From: an uncultured Acidobacteriota bacterium
GTDB lineage: Bacteria; Acidobacteriota; Vicinamibacteria; Vicinamibacterales; CAVVIG01
DNA length: 64,000 nucleotides
NCBI GenBank assembly: GCA_963728825.1
Contig: CAVSLA010000005.1
Coordinates: 254,634-318,633 of the forward strand
Direction of reading: 5' to 3'
Part shown: positions 45,717 through 55,437 of the stretch, piece by piece
How the letters are laid out: each line of letters starts with the position of its first letter
Position numbering within the stretch: the stretch's first letter is position 1
Notes under the pieces: model-generated
Told to the model about the DNA's origin: nothing
What the model saw: the letters and a program-made list of their open reading frames with translations, nothing else
Database searches by the model: none
Translations under genes and position numbers: made by a program

Positions 45717-48146
45717 TCAGGACTCTCGCAACGCCGCGAGCGGATCCAGACGGCTCGCCCGCACGGCCGGCACCAGTGCGGCCGCCAGGGCAACGGTCGC
45801 CAGCACCAGCGCCACGCCGCCGAACGTCAGCGGATCGGTCGGACTGACTCCGTACAGAAAGGCCTGAAGAAATCGGGTCGCAAGGGCTGCCGCCCCGCAG
45901 CCAATCGCGATGCCGACGACGGTCCACGTCACCGCCTGACGAATCACCAGCATCACGACTGAGGCCGGTGTCGCACCGATCGCGACGCGAAGACCGATTT
46001 CACGCGTGCGAGCGCGCACCAGGAACGACAGCACGCCGTACACGCCAAGCGCGGCCAGCGCGAGAACCACCAATCCCAGGGCGCCCAGCAGGCCGCCGGC
46101 AATCTGCGTCGGCAACAGCGACACCGACATGGCCTCGGATAATGTCTGGACGTTGAAGAGCGCCAGTGCGGGATCCAGCGCCTGAACCTCACGCGCAACC
46201 AGCGAGGTCACTGACGCTCGCGGGCCGGCCGATCGGATGAGCACGGTCACCAGGGGCGTGTACGCCTGCCCGAACGGGCGGTAGATGAAGGGCTTCGGCG
46301 CTTCCCCGACGGTCGCGTACTTGCTGTCCCGAACGACGCCGATGACCTCGATGGCCTCCTCACTCGCGCGCGCCCGCAGCGGCCGCAGCCGCTGACCTAG
46401 TGCGGCTTGTCCCGGCCAGAAGGTCCGGGCCAACGTTTCGTTCACGATCGCCACCCGCGGCGCCGCCGCGTCGTCCACATCGGTAAAATCGCGGCCAGCG
46501 ATCATCGCAATGCCGAGCGTCCGGAAATGTCCCGGCGTTACGGCGTTGGTATGAATCGGCGGCGTCGGAGGGGTCAGACCTGGTGCGGGTGGCTCATCAC
46601 GATCGCGCAGCAGATAGGTCGTCGAGTTCGAGAGTGTGACCGGCACGATGTCGACGAAGTTGACGGCGGCGACGCCGGGGGCTGCTTCCAACCTGCTGGT
46701 CAGGGACCTGATGAACTCGCGGCCGCGCTCCTCCGGATAGCCGCGCGTCTCGAGGTCGAAGGTCGCCGTCACGATGCCGGACGCCTCGAAACCGGGATCC
46801 GCGGACTGCAGCTGACGGAAGCTGCGGACGAAGAGTCCGGCTGCGACCAACAGCAACACCGACAGCGACACCTGGACGACGAGAAATGCTGACCGCAGGC
46901 GGGTCGACCCGCTGCTGCGCGTATCTTTGAGGGCGCGACCGAGATCGATCTGCGAGGCCGTCAACGCCGGCAGCAGGCCGAAAGCGAGAGTCGCGCCAAG
47001 CGTCACCACCGTCGTGAACGCCAGCACGCGCCCGTCGATCGACAGGTCCACCACGATCGGAACTGGCGTCGGTAGACGAATCGCCGACAGCAGGCGTGTA
47101 GACCAGAACGCCAACAGTGCGCCGGCGCTCGCCCCGGCCAGCGCGAGCAGCAGGTTCTCCGTCAGCGGCTGACGCGCCAATCGCCCGCGTCCGGCGCCAA
47201 GCGATCGCCGAATCGCCAGCTCGACCCGCCTCCCGGCGGCGCGCGCGAGCACGAGATTCGCCAGGTTGACGCAGATGATGAGCAGAACCACCCCGACGAG
47301 CGTCATGAGGACGCCGACGAACGCGGTCATTGGCGACGAGAACTCGGGAACCAGCACCCGGCTCCCGTAGACAGTGACTGCCTGCCGGTCGCCTGGCTCC
47401 CCGCGCGCCCTTTGCAGCTGGCGGCCGATGGTGTCGAGGTCGGCCTGGGCGCGCGCACGATCGACTCCTGGCTTGAGGCGTCCGATGAGATGGAGGCTGA
47501 TTGTGTCGAGCCGTGCTGCCGGATCCGCCACCGGCCGCAGCACGGCATCCGCTGCCAGCGGTACCCAGAACTCGCCGACCAGCGGATGAATCACGCCCGT
47601 GAAATTCCGCTCGGCAACGCCGACAATCGTGAACGGCTGGCCGTTGAGGGCGAGCGTTCGGCCCATGACATCCGGTGCCGAGGCGAAGCGTCGCGCCCAG
47701 AACGCGTGCGACAACACCACGACGGCAGGGGCGCCGGCGAGATCGTCGGCAGGCCCAAGCAGACGGCCGCGCGCCGCCGCGACACCCAGGATCGGAAAGT
47801 AGTCGCCGCTGACGATCGTGCCGAAGGCGTGTTCGGTCTCGGTGTCGATTCGGAGTGCAAGCGATTGCAGCTGCGAGGCGGCCAGCCCGACCAGTGTCGA
47901 GTTCCGGTCCCGATATTCGACGAACCAGCGATACGGCGTGTTCGAATAGCGGTTGGAATAGACGCGAACGATATTCTCGGGATCTGGCGCGGCGAGCGGG
48001 CGGAGGAAAAACGCGTTGGCGAGGCTGAACACCACGGAATTGGCGCCAATGCCGATGGCCAGAACGGTGACCGCGATCGCCGTGAAGCCAGGTGTTCGGA
48101 TGAGCGTTCGGAGACCGTAGCGGACGTCCTGCAGAAAACCCGACAT
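45717..48146 (-). CDS. ADOP-family duplicated FtsX/MacB-type permease
   Basis: ORF track, 809 aa. MSGFLQDVRYGLRTLIRTPGFTAIAVTVLAIGIGANS is the typical N-terminus. It has two FtsX modules. Confidence 0.8.
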   Translation of the reverse strand: MSGFLQDVRYGLRTLIRTPGFTAIAVTVLAIGIGANSVVFSLANAFFLRPLAAPDPENIVRVYSNRYSNTPYRWFVEYRDRNSTLVGLAASQLQSLALRIDTETEHAFGTIVSGDYFPILGVAAARGRLLGPADDLAGAPAVVVLSHAFWARRFASAPDVMGRTLALNGQPFTIVGVAERNFTGVIHPLVGEFWVPLAADAVLRPVADPAARLDTISLHLIGRLKPGVDRARAQADLDTIGRQLQRARGEPGDRQAVTVYGSRVLVPEFSSPMTAFVGVLMTLVGVVLLIICVNLANLVLARAAGRRVELAIRRSLGAGRGRLARQPLTENLLLALAGASAGALLAFWSTRLLSAIRLPTPVPIVVDLSIDGRVLAFTTVVTLGATLAFGLLPALTASQIDLGRALKDTRSSGSTRLRSAFLVVQVSLSVLLLVAAGLFVRSFRQLQSADPGFEASGIVTATFDLETRGYPEERGREFIRSLTSRLEAAPGVAAVNFVDIVPVTLSNSTTYLLRDRDEPPAPGLTPPTPPIHTNAVTPGHFRTLGIAMIAGRDFTDVDDAAAPRVAIVNETLARTFWPGQAALGQRLRPLRARASEEAIEVIGVVRDSKYATVGEAPKPFIYRPFGQAYTPLVTVLIRSAGPRASVTSLVAREVQALDPALALFNVQTLSEAMSVSLLPTQIAGGLLGALGLVVLALAALGVYGVLSFLVRARTREIGLRVAIGATPASVVMLVIRQAVTWTVVGIAIGCGAAALATRFLQAFLYGVSPTDPLTFGGVALVLATVALAAALVPAVRASRLDPLAALRES

Positions 48147-48206
48147 ACCTGATCAACGTGCGGAACGTCGCAGAGGTTAACCCCGCTGACCTGGCGCGCC
48201 GCTGAC

Positions 48207-49004
48207 CTACTTTCTGCCGGCGGCGCGCAACGCGGTGAGCTGGCGCGCGGCGGCATCGATCTGCAGCTCGAGAATGCGCCGCCCGTACTCGACGGTCGAT
48301 CGCGCCGGGTTGCCGACCACCCCGCTGCCATCGCCGGATTTGCCGAGGGCGGCTCTGTTCATGCGCAGCATCGACGGGTTGAGCACCATCAGGCTTGCCG
48401 TGTCGTGAATGCTCGCGTGCGATCCGACGACCTCGTCGGACTCACCCTGCGCTTTCAGCCAGTCATCGCCTGGACCGGGGTAGTAGTCGGAGAGGTGATG
48501 GACCCTCACGGCGCTGGTGGCCCACTCCTTGTTCAGCGCGTCGGCGACCAGCCTCTGACCAGCCTGGTTGCCGCCGCTGTCGCCGAGGAAGGCGATGTCC
48601 AGAAAGCCATGCTGCCGGAAGCTTCTCGCCGCAAACTCCAGCACCTTGACGAACACATCCTGCGGGGTAGTGATCGTGCCCGCAAAGCGCATGTGCCCGG
48701 TCGGTGGACTGATTTCACCTTCGGGGACGTACGCCATCACCGGTGCGACCACGGTCCGCCCCAGTCGCCTGGCGATTTCGCCTGCCTTGTACTTGACGAG
48801 GTAGTTGTGCTTGCCGAGGACCATGTGCGGGCCGTTCTGCTCGGTTCCTCCGGTCGGAATGATCACCGTCGTCGTGCCCGCGGCGATCGCGTCGCGCAGC
48901 TCGGTCCAGGTGAGCTCTTCGAGGAATACCGTGTCGGGGTTCTGAGCGGTGGGACGCGTGCTGGACAGGAACACACAAGCGACTGCGGCAATCAGGCGTC
49001 GCAT
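48207..49004 (-). CDS. creatininase-family amidohydrolase with a signal peptide
   Basis: In-frame ATG at 49004 (MRRLIAAVACVFLSS) within ORF 48207..49100. Motif IIPTGGTEQNGPHMVLGKH. Confidence 0.6.
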   Translation of the reverse strand: MRRLIAAVACVFLSSTRPTAQNPDTVFLEELTWTELRDAIAAGTTTVIIPTGGTEQNGPHMVLGKHNYLVKYKAGEIARRLGRTVVAPVMAYVPEGEISPPTGHMRFAGTITTPQDVFVKVLEFAARSFRQHGFLDIAFLGDSGGNQAGQRLVADALNKEWATSAVRVHHLSDYYPGPGDDWLKAQGESDEVVGSHASIHDTASLMVLNPSMLRMNRAALGKSGDGSGVVGNPARSTVEYGRRILELQIDAAARQLTALRAAGRK

Positions 49005-49071
49005 AGGCTGTCTCCGGAGGCGATTATAGTGACTTCGAACGCGGACCGGCGTTCGGCTGACGAGGTGACGC

Positions 49072-49578
49072 GTGCACGACGTGATGACTTCAGTGATCAA
49101 ACAAGTGGACGAGACTCATGCGGGGGATCCCTGGTACGGGACGTCGCGGACCGCGCTTCTTGCCGGCCTGAGCGCGCTCGATGCAGCGGCACACCCGATC
49201 GCGAACGGCCACTCGATCTGGGAGCTGGTGCTGCACATGACGGCCTGGACCCGCGAAGCGACGCGGCGGCTGAACGGCACCAAGCCAGGAGTGCCGGCTG
49301 AAGGAGACTGGCCGGCGGTCGCGGCGGTGACCGACGAGGCGTGGCAGCAGGCTCAGGATGCGCTGGCCCGGGCGCACGCGGAGCTGGTCGCCGCGGCGCG
49401 TGCGCTTCCCGCGCCGCAATGGCAGCAGCCGGAGCGCGAACTGCGCGACGCCGCGCTCGGCACCGGCGTCGACCGAACTGGACTGATCGTCGGCCTCGCG
49501 CAGCACGATGCGTATCACATCGGGCAGCTCGCGGTCGTGCGCCAGGCGCTCGGCAAGTCACGCACGATCACCGGCTGA
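49072..49578 (+). CDS. DinB-superfamily protein
   Basis: ORF track, 168 aa. Four-helix pattern with conserved His residues (HSIWELVLHMTAW ... DAYHIGQ). Confidence 0.5.
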   Translation: MHDVMTSVIKQVDETHAGDPWYGTSRTALLAGLSALDAAAHPIANGHSIWELVLHMTAWTREATRRLNGTKPGVPAEGDWPAVAAVTDEAWQQAQDALARAHAELVAAARALPAPQWQQPERELRDAALGTGVDRTGLIVGLAQHDAYHIGQLAVVRQALGKSRTITG

Positions 49579-49599
49579 TCCGGAATGTCCTGCCCGGCC

Positions 49600-50436
49600 T
49601 CAATGGGTCAGCGCGTAGAGCAGCGCATTGATCCCGAAGGCATAGCCATCGACCGAGAAGTTGATGAAATATTCGTGGCTGAGACCCTCGCGCTCCCACG
49701 AATCCCCGAAATCGGTGTTGTGCGTGACGAGCACCATGATTCGATCGCGTTCATCGGTAATGACGCGGAAGTGTGCGGGGCGGCTGTCCGCGAAACGCTC
49801 CGAGGTATCACGGTAGGCAAGCCAGTGATTGATCGACGGGATCTGCGCTTTTTTGGTTACCTCGAAGAACTGGTGGAAGATGGCGTGATTCAGTTCCAGC
49901 TCCTTGAACGGATATTCGCCGGTCGGTAACGCCTTGCGAATCTGGCTCTCCCAGACGTTCCAGGCATAGGTTCCCCAGAAGTCATCGACCCACAGAAAGC
50001 CGCCCTTCTGCAGGTACTCTCGCAACAACCTGGCTTCGGTGTCGTCGATGAAGAAATTGCCGACCTCGAACATCATGATGAACGGACAGCGGAAGAGCAT
50101 CGGGTCGGTGATTGGCACGATCAGATGATTCGGCTCGCCGGTCCGCGGGTTCTTGCTGATCGGCGTTTTGGTGAGCTCGCCGAGCCGCGTGGAGAGGTTC
50201 AGATCGGCGTCGGGATAGTCGGTCGACCAGCCGCCGCCGTCGCCGCCCTGAATGCCGCGGTAGGCGGCCCGGCAATATTGAAACGCGCCGTCGAATGATT
50301 CCGGGGTGGCGATCGGCAGCTGCGCGCTGCGAAACTGCGCGGACGCGGCCGAAGCGGCCAGCGCCGCCGCCACCACCACCGCCGCCAGCCTGCGGGCCTG
50401 CACGGCGCCTAGTCTACGGCAGCCCGGGATTAACAT
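49600..50436 (-). CDS. DUF4159-like secreted protein
   Basis: ORF track 49600..50514. The start at 50436 is tentative. It has a signal peptide and the block KGGFLWVDDFWG. Confidence 0.5.
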   Translation of the reverse strand: MLIPGCRRLGAVQARRLAAVVVAAALAASAASAQFRSAQLPIATPESFDGAFQYCRAAYRGIQGGDGGGWSTDYPDADLNLSTRLGELTKTPISKNPRTGEPNHLIVPITDPMLFRCPFIMMFEVGNFFIDDTEARLLREYLQKGGFLWVDDFWGTYAWNVWESQIRKALPTGEYPFKELELNHAIFHQFFEVTKKAQIPSINHWLAYRDTSERFADSRPAHFRVITDERDRIMVLVTHNTDFGDSWEREGLSHEYFINFSVDGYAFGINALLYALTH

Positions 50437-50443
50437 CACGCCA

Positions 50444-50965
50444 ATGGGCGCTGCCAATCCCTCGCCAATTGTCAGTTTCCATCGAGGTAGCGGCCGCGAC
50501 GCGCGCGGTCGCACGCTGGATGAGATCCTCGCCTGGGACGACGAGCGTCTCGAGGCCGTGCACGACTACATCCAGTGGCTGTTCCCTCTGATGGAGCCCA
50601 GTCGATTCAATCCGTACGCGCCGCTGCTCACGCCGGCCGACCGCGCCGCCTTTCACGAGGATGCCGGCCTGGCGGCGAACCTGCGGCGCGCGTTCGAACG
50701 GATGCTGACCTTTTACGGGTTCGTGCTCGACCGATCGGAGGTGGGCGTGCGCGTCAGCCGATCCGCAGCCTGGACAGAACGCTCAGCGGAGTGGCTGCAT
50801 CCCGGCAATCACAACCTCCTCCGGCTCACGCGGATTCTGAAGAGCCTGATGCTGCTCGGCCAGCCTGAACTGGCGCATGCTCTGCACGTCGCCTTGCACA
50901 GCGCGGCGAAGGGACGGATAGCCGGTGAGACGCTGGTGTTCTGGGAGAACGCCGTACAAGAATAA
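50444..50965 (+). CDS. opioid-growth-factor-receptor (OGFr) conserved-domain-like protein
   Basis: In-frame ATG at 50444 within ORF 50306..50965. The blocks HDYIQWLFPL and NHNLLRLTRILKSL resemble the OGFr N-terminal domain. Confidence 0.5.
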   Translation: MGAANPSPIVSFHRGSGRDARGRTLDEILAWDDERLEAVHDYIQWLFPLMEPSRFNPYAPLLTPADRAAFHEDAGLAANLRRAFERMLTFYGFVLDRSEVGVRVSRSAAWTERSAEWLHPGNHNLLRLTRILKSLMLLGQPELAHALHVALHSAAKGRIAGETLVFWENAVQE

Positions 50966-50970
50966 GGCCG

Positions 50971-51453
50971 TTACCCGCAGGTCTTTCCAGAATCGCGCCA
51001 GCCGACGCTGAACTTCCCGGCGCGCTCGGGAATCGGCGGCCAGGTGGCCTTGAACTCACCTTTGTAGGTGCCGTCGGCGCCGCGTGGTTCGAGTGTCACA
51101 ACGCCTTTTTCGGCCGGGACGCATTCACCGACAACCGGGCACGAGACGATGCGGCCCGGACCCGCCGGATCTTTCGACAGCGGGACGTCCTTTTTGCCCG
51201 CGATGGCGTCGGGGCTTCCCGGGAGAATCACCGCCAACGACGGCCGCGGCGCGGACGCCGGCAGCGCGGGCGGCACGACGCCCTGCATCAGCACCAGCCT
51301 GACCGCCGGTGCATTGGTGGCCGTGCACTCGACAAAGGCGTACCCGCCATACTGCGCTGCCCCGCCGCCGCCGAACTGCGGCCCGCCCTGCTGGGCGATG
51401 CCCGCCGGGCCGGCCAACAACACGAACGCGAAGATGAAGACTGCAACCCGCAT
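50971..51453 (-). CDS. hypothetical secreted protein
   Basis: ORF track 50971..51456. Signal peptide MRVAVFIFAFVLLAGPAGIAQ. I recognise no family. Confidence 0.45.
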   Translation of the reverse strand: MRVAVFIFAFVLLAGPAGIAQQGGPQFGGGGAAQYGGYAFVECTATNAPAVRLVLMQGVVPPALPASAPRPSLAVILPGSPDAIAGKKDVPLSKDPAGPGRIVSCPVVGECVPAEKGVVTLEPRGADGTYKGEFKATWPPIPERAGKFSVGWRDSGKTCG

Positions 51454-51472
51454 CACAGTTGTCCTCTGGAAC

Positions 51473-51559
51473 TTACAATGTGAAATTTACAATGCAAAAT
51501 TCCGGAAACTTTGGGCCATTCTATCCGTAATTTCCAATTGTAAATTCCCAATTGTAAAT
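51473..51559. repeat. AT-rich inverted word arms (TTACAATG x2 / CAATTGTAAAT x2) downstream of rplQ
   Basis: Reads ttacaatgtgaaatttacaatg ... ccaattgtaaattcccaattgtaaat. It is the only clearly AT-rich stretch in this part of the window. Confidence 0.7.
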
Positions 51560-51561
51560 CG

Positions 51562-52167
51562 CTAGCTGCCGCCCGCCTTCCGCGGCGTCGTCACCTTGCG
51601 GGATCCGCCGCCCTTCGGGGCGGTGCGCTTGGGCGCCTTCTCGTCCTGGCCTCCGCCCTGTTCTTTCTTGCCGCGGAGCCGCTCGGCCGCGGCCTTGAGC
51701 CGGCCGCCGACGCCCTTTGATTTCTTCGGCTGTTCGGTGCCCTCCGCTTTGGCGGCCGATTCGGCTTTGGCGCGGGGGTTGTACTCGCTGCCGACCAGCT
51801 CGACCTGCGCGATTTCGGCAGCGTCGCCCCTTCGGAAGCCGAGCCGCAGCAGGCGGGTGTAGCCGCCGGGCCAATCGGCAAACCGCGGCGCCAGCGTTTC
51901 GAACAGTTTCGAAACGACCTCGCGATCCTGCAGGTCGTGCATCACCAGGCGTCGGGCGTGCAGCGCCTTGCCGTTCTCGGCTCCGTCAACGACCCCTCGC
52001 TTGGCGATCGTAATCAGACGCTCCACGAACGGCCGCAGCTCCTTCGCGCGCGGCACCGTCGTCGTCAGGTGCTCGTGGCGGAGAAGCGCGGTCGCCTGGT
52101 TCCGGAGCATCGAGATACGATGCTCGGTGACGCGGCCCAATTTTCTGTGTGCTACTCGGTGTCTCAT
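51562..52167 (-). CDS. rplQ: 50S ribosomal protein L17 with a Lys/Ala/Gly-rich C-terminal tail of about 75 aa
   Basis: ORF track, 201 aa. MRHRVAHRKLGRVTEHRISMLRNQATALL. Confidence 0.9.
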   Translation of the reverse strand: MRHRVAHRKLGRVTEHRISMLRNQATALLRHEHLTTTVPRAKELRPFVERLITIAKRGVVDGAENGKALHARRLVMHDLQDREVVSKLFETLAPRFADWPGGYTRLLRLGFRRGDAAEIAQVELVGSEYNPRAKAESAAKAEGTEQPKKSKGVGGRLKAAAERLRGKKEQGGGQDEKAPKRTAPKGGGSRKVTTPRKAGGS

Positions 52168-52225
52168 GACCGTTCTCTAGCGAGTCGACCGCTAGCGGCC
52201 TCTCTCGCTGTCAACTTTTTTCCAG

Positions 52226-52318
52226 TGGCGCCGGGGCCCCACCCCCGGCGCGTTCCTACGCTGATGCCGCGCCTCGGACCAAGAACCGGTTCCTCGGCTC
52301 GGCATGGCCGCAGGCGCT
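52226..52318 (-). repeat. about 90-nt intergenic element carrying the GC hairpin (copy at rplQ); near-identical to 29358-29446
   Basis: Hairpin at 52228-52251, with the core at 52233-52246. It shares ggcgccggggccccacccccggcgcgttc..acgctgatgcc.cgcctcgg...cctcggctcggcatggccgcag.cgct with the pilS copy. Confidence 0.75.
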
Positions 52319-52337
52319 GCTGCCGCGACCGTCCCTA

Positions 52338-53324
52338 CTATTCCTGTGATGCCGCCGCCGGCTGATCGACGCGCATGCCGAGGCTCAGCCCCATCGTGTG
52401 CAGGATTTCCTTGATCTCGTTCAGGCTCTTCCTGCCGAAATTCTTCGTCTTGAGCATCTCGCCTTCGGTCTTCTGCACCAGCTCGCGGATCGTGCGGATA
52501 TTCGCGTTCTTGAGGCAGTTGTACGAGCGGACGGACAGCTCGAGCTCCTCGACCGACTTGTCGAGGTTCTCGTTGCCGACGCCGGCGCGCGGCTGATCGC
52601 CGACCGCCTCGGTCTGCGGCTCGGCGCCTTCCTCGAGATTGATGAAGATGTTCAGGTGGTCGCGAATCAGCTTCGCGGCCAGCGACACCGCGTCGCGCGC
52701 ACTGATCGATCCGTTGGTCCAGACGTCGACGGTCAGCTTGTCGTAGTCGGTCGTCTGTCCGAGACGCGCCGCCTCGACCAGGTAGTTCACTTTCTTGATC
52801 GGCGAGTGCACCGAGTCAATCGGGATCCAGCCGATGCCGAGGTCCTCGTCGAAGTTCTTGTCGGCCGACACATAGCCGCGGCCGCGCTTCATGCGCATTT
52901 CCATGTGGAGCTTGCCGCCCTCGGCAATGGTCGCGATGTGCGCATCCGGCTCGAGGATCTCGACGTCGGCGTCAGCCTGAATATCGCGCGCGCGCACTTC
53001 ACCGGCCTTGTCGACCCGCAGCGTGAGCGTCTTGGTGTGATCGACGTGCAGCTTCAACGGGATCTGCTTCAGGTTGAGGATGATGTCGGTCGCATCCTCG
53101 ACGACCCCCGGGATCGGCGAGAACTCGTGCAGCACGCCATCGATCTTCACCGCGGTAATCGCCGCCCCCTCGATCGAAGAGAGCAGCACGCGCCGCAGCG
53201 CGTTGCCAATCGTCGTCCCGAATCCGCGCTCGAACGGCTGCGCGTAGAACCGACCGAAGCGGTCGGTCAGCGTCTCGCGCTCGAACTCCAGCCGCTTGGG
53301 TCGCTGAAAACCTTTCCAGAGCAT
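52338..53324 (-). CDS. rpoA: DNA-directed RNA polymerase alpha subunit
   Basis: In-frame ATG at 53324 ([15 protein letters not shown]) within ORF 52338..53555. Sequence [21 protein letters not shown], plus a C-terminal domain. Confidence 0.9.
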   Translation of the reverse strand: MLWKGFQRPKRLEFERETLTDRFGRFYAQPFERGFGTTIGNALRRVLLSSIEGAAITAVKIDGVLHEFSPIPGVVEDATDIILNLKQIPLKLHVDHTKTLTLRVDKAGEVRARDIQADADVEILEPDAHIATIAEGGKLHMEMRMKRGRGYVSADKNFDEDLGIGWIPIDSVHSPIKKVNYLVEAARLGQTTDYDKLTVDVWTNGSISARDAVSLAAKLIRDHLNIFINLEEGAEPQTEAVGDQPRAGVGNENLDKSVEELELSVRSYNCLKNANIRTIRELVQKTEGEMLKTKNFGRKSLNEIKEILHTMGLSLGMRVDQPAAASQE

Positions 53325-53440
53325 TGCTTGCTTCCTTTCGCTGACGGGCCCGCAGACGGGCCTCCGGACCTGTAAGTGACCGCCGGCCTCACGCCACAGG
53401 TCCGTGTAAGGCTGCGGGACGGCGGGTAGCGACGAGAGAA

Positions 53441-54070
53441 CTACTTCGAGTACAGCTCGACGATCAGCTGTTCCTGCACGGGCAGATTGATCTGCTCGCG
53501 CGTCGGCATCGAGACGATGCGCCCGGTGCTCGAGTTCGCATCGAACGACAGCCATCCGGGAATGCCGCGACCCTTCACTTCCTCCATCGCATGCTCGATG
53601 GTCGGGTTCTTCTGGCTGCGCCCCAGCACCGTGACGAGGTCGCCTTGCCTGACCGAATAGGACGGGATATCCACCTTCTTGCCGTTCACCAGGAAGTGTC
53701 CATGCCGGACCAGCTGACGCGCCTGCGGCCGTGATGTCGCCAGACCCAGCCGGTAGACGACGTTGTCGAGCCGTCGCTCGAGCAGCTGCAGCAGCGTCTC
53801 GCCGGTGATGCCGCGGGTCCGCTCCGCAGCCTCGAAGTAGCGGCGGAACTGATCCTCGAGCACGCCGTAGATGCGCTTCACTTTCTGTTTCTCACGCAGC
53901 TGCAGGCCGTATCCCGCGAGCTTCGCCTTGCGCGACTTGCCGTGCTGCCCCGGCGCGAAGTTGCGCTTCTCGATCGCACACTTCTCGGTATAGCAACGCT
54001 CACCCTTGAGGAACAGCTTCATGCCCTCGCGGCGGCACAGGCGGCAGACGGGTCCGATGTAACGAGCCAT
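53441..54070 (-). CDS. rpsD: 30S ribosomal protein S4
   Basis: ORF track, 209 aa. [26 protein letters not shown]. Confidence 0.9.
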   Translation of the reverse strand: MARYIGPVCRLCRREGMKLFLKGERCYTEKCAIEKRNFAPGQHGKSRKAKLAGYGLQLREKQKVKRIYGVLEDQFRRYFEAAERTRGITGETLLQLLERRLDNVVYRLGLATSRPQARQLVRHGHFLVNGKKVDIPSYSVRQGDLVTVLGRSQKNPTIEHAMEEVKGRGIPGWLSFDANSSTGRIVSMPTREQINLPVQEQLIVELYSK

Positions 54071-54083
54071 ACTTCCTTTCGGT

Positions 54084-54222
54084 GAGATTTGAGGATCTGG
54101 GATTTCAGGAGTTTAGGATTTGGGATCTCAGTCCTCAGACCGAAATCCGGATCCAAAACCTCACATCCAAACCCCTCAACTCCAAATCCTCAATTCCTGA
54201 GATCCTAAAATCCTGAAATCTC
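54084..54222. repeat. inverted arrays of GAGGATTT-family words between rpsK and rpsD
   Basis: Forward words at about 54084-54130 (gagattt gaggatct gggattt caggagtt taggattt gggatct). Complementary words at about 54150-54222 (aaatcc...aaatcctc aattcctg agatccta aaatcctg aaatctcc). Confidence 0.8.
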
Positions 54223-54225
54223 CGA

Positions 54226-54678
54226 CTACACTCGTCTCCGCTTCGGAGGCCGGCAGCCGTTGTGCGGGATCGGCGTCACGTCGCGGATCGATTTCACTTC
54301 CAGTCCGACCGTCTGCAGCGCCCGGATCGCCGATTCGCGCCCCGAGCCCGGCCCCTTCACCCGCACGTCCAGCGAGCGCATCCCGACCGCCTTCGCGGCG
54401 TTGCCGGCATTGAGCGCCGCCTGGGTCGCGGCAAACGGCGTCCCCTTGCGCGATCCCTTGAAGCCGATGCCGCCGGCGCTCGACCACGCGACGACGTTGC
54501 CTTCGGTGTCGGTGATGGTCACCACGGTGTTGTTGAACGACGCCTGAATGTGCGCCAGACCGTGATGAACGACCCGTTTCTCGCCGCGCTTCTTGAAGGT
54601 CTTCTTGGGCCGTCCGGCCCGCCCTTCTTTTTTCTCTGGTGTTGCGCCCTCGGGCGCCGCCGCGTCAGTCTTTGCCAT
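54226..54678 (-). CDS. rpsK: 30S ribosomal protein S11 (N-terminal extension of about 20 aa)
   Basis: ORF track, 150 aa. [18 protein letters not shown]...[13 protein letters not shown]. Confidence 0.9.
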   Translation of the reverse strand: MAKTDAAAPEGATPEKKEGRAGRPKKTFKKRGEKRVVHHGLAHIQASFNNTVVTITDTEGNVVAWSSAGGIGFKGSRKGTPFAATQAALNAGNAAKAVGMRSLDVRVKGPGSGRESAIRALQTVGLEVKSIRDVTPIPHNGCRPPKRRRV

Positions 54679-54679
54679 T

Positions 54680-54702
54680 CCCTTAGCCTTTGGCTGTCAG
54701 CC
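54680..54702. repeat. short AGGGCT-family word cluster between rpsM and rpsK
   Basis: Reads cccttagcctttggctgtcagccctaa. Confidence 0.5.
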
Positions 54703-55077
54703 CTAAACCGTTTTCTTCTTCGCGATGGCGCCCTTGCGCGGCCCTTTACGGGTTCGCGCGTTGGTGCGGGTGCGCTGACCGTGGACCGGCAGCCCGCGGC
54801 GGTGCCGCATGCCGCGGTAGCAGCCAATTTCCATCAGCCGCTTGATGTTCATCGAGATCTCTTTGCGGAGGTCCCCCTCGACGCCACCCTGCTCCTCGAG
54901 CACGCGGCTGATCTTGCGCACGTCGTCTTCGGAGAGATCTTTTACTCGAAGGTCGGGGCTGACCCCCGCATCCTTGAGGATGACGTTCGAGCGCACCCGG
55001 CCGATGCCGAAGATGTAAGTGAGCCCAATCTCGATCCGCTTCGTGCGCGGAAGGTCGACGCCTGCTATTCGTGCCAT
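54703..55077 (-). CDS. rpsM: 30S ribosomal protein S13
   Basis: ORF track, 124 aa. [26 protein letters not shown]. Confidence 0.9.
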   Translation of the reverse strand: MARIAGVDLPRTKRIEIGLTYIFGIGRVRSNVILKDAGVSPDLRVKDLSEDDVRKISRVLEEQGGVEGDLRKEISMNIKRLMEIGCYRGMRHRRGLPVHGQRTRTNARTRKGPRKGAIAKKKTV

Positions 55078-55101
55078 ATGCCCTCAGCCTTAGCCCTTAG
55101 C
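55078..55101. repeat. AGGGCT-family heptamer words spanning the rpmJ stop
   Basis: Reads atgccc tcagcct tagccct tagccct ga. Confidence 0.55.
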
Positions 55102-55210
55102 CCTGACGCTGTTTATGCTTTTGATTTGGACAGATCACCCGCACCACACCGCGGCGGCGGACGATCTTGCACTTGTCGCAAATCCGTCGAACCGATGCTC
55201 GAACTTTCAT
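55097..55210 (-). CDS. rpmJ: 50S ribosomal protein L36
   Basis: Own translation gives [37 protein letters not shown]. It is too short for the ORF track. ATGA overlap with the infA stop. Confidence 0.9.
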   Translation of the reverse strand: MKVRASVRRICDKCKIVRRRGVVRVICPNQKHKQRQG

Positions 55211-55437
55211 AGCTTCTCTACTATCCTTCCGCGGCCCGTATCGACCGGCGACAGCTCGAGTCGCACGCGATCGCCGACCAGCACCCGGATGAAATTGCGG
55301 TCCATGCGATCGGCGATGTGCGCCGTCACCTGGGTTCCGCCGTCGAGCTTCACGCGATACAGCGCACTCGGCAACTGCTCGGTCACGGTGCCGGTTACCG
55401 GACCGGAACCGGAACTTCTCGCGCGGTCAGTATCCAC
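55207..55437 (-). CDS. infA: translation initiation factor IF-1
   Basis: ORF track, 76 aa. [43 protein letters not shown]. The start is uncertain, because the ORF overlaps the map 3' end by 43 nt. Confidence 0.8.
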   Translation of the reverse strand: MDTDRARSSGSGPVTGTVTEQLPSALYRVKLDGGTQVTAHIADRMDRNFIRVLVGDRVRLELSPVDTGRGRIVEKL

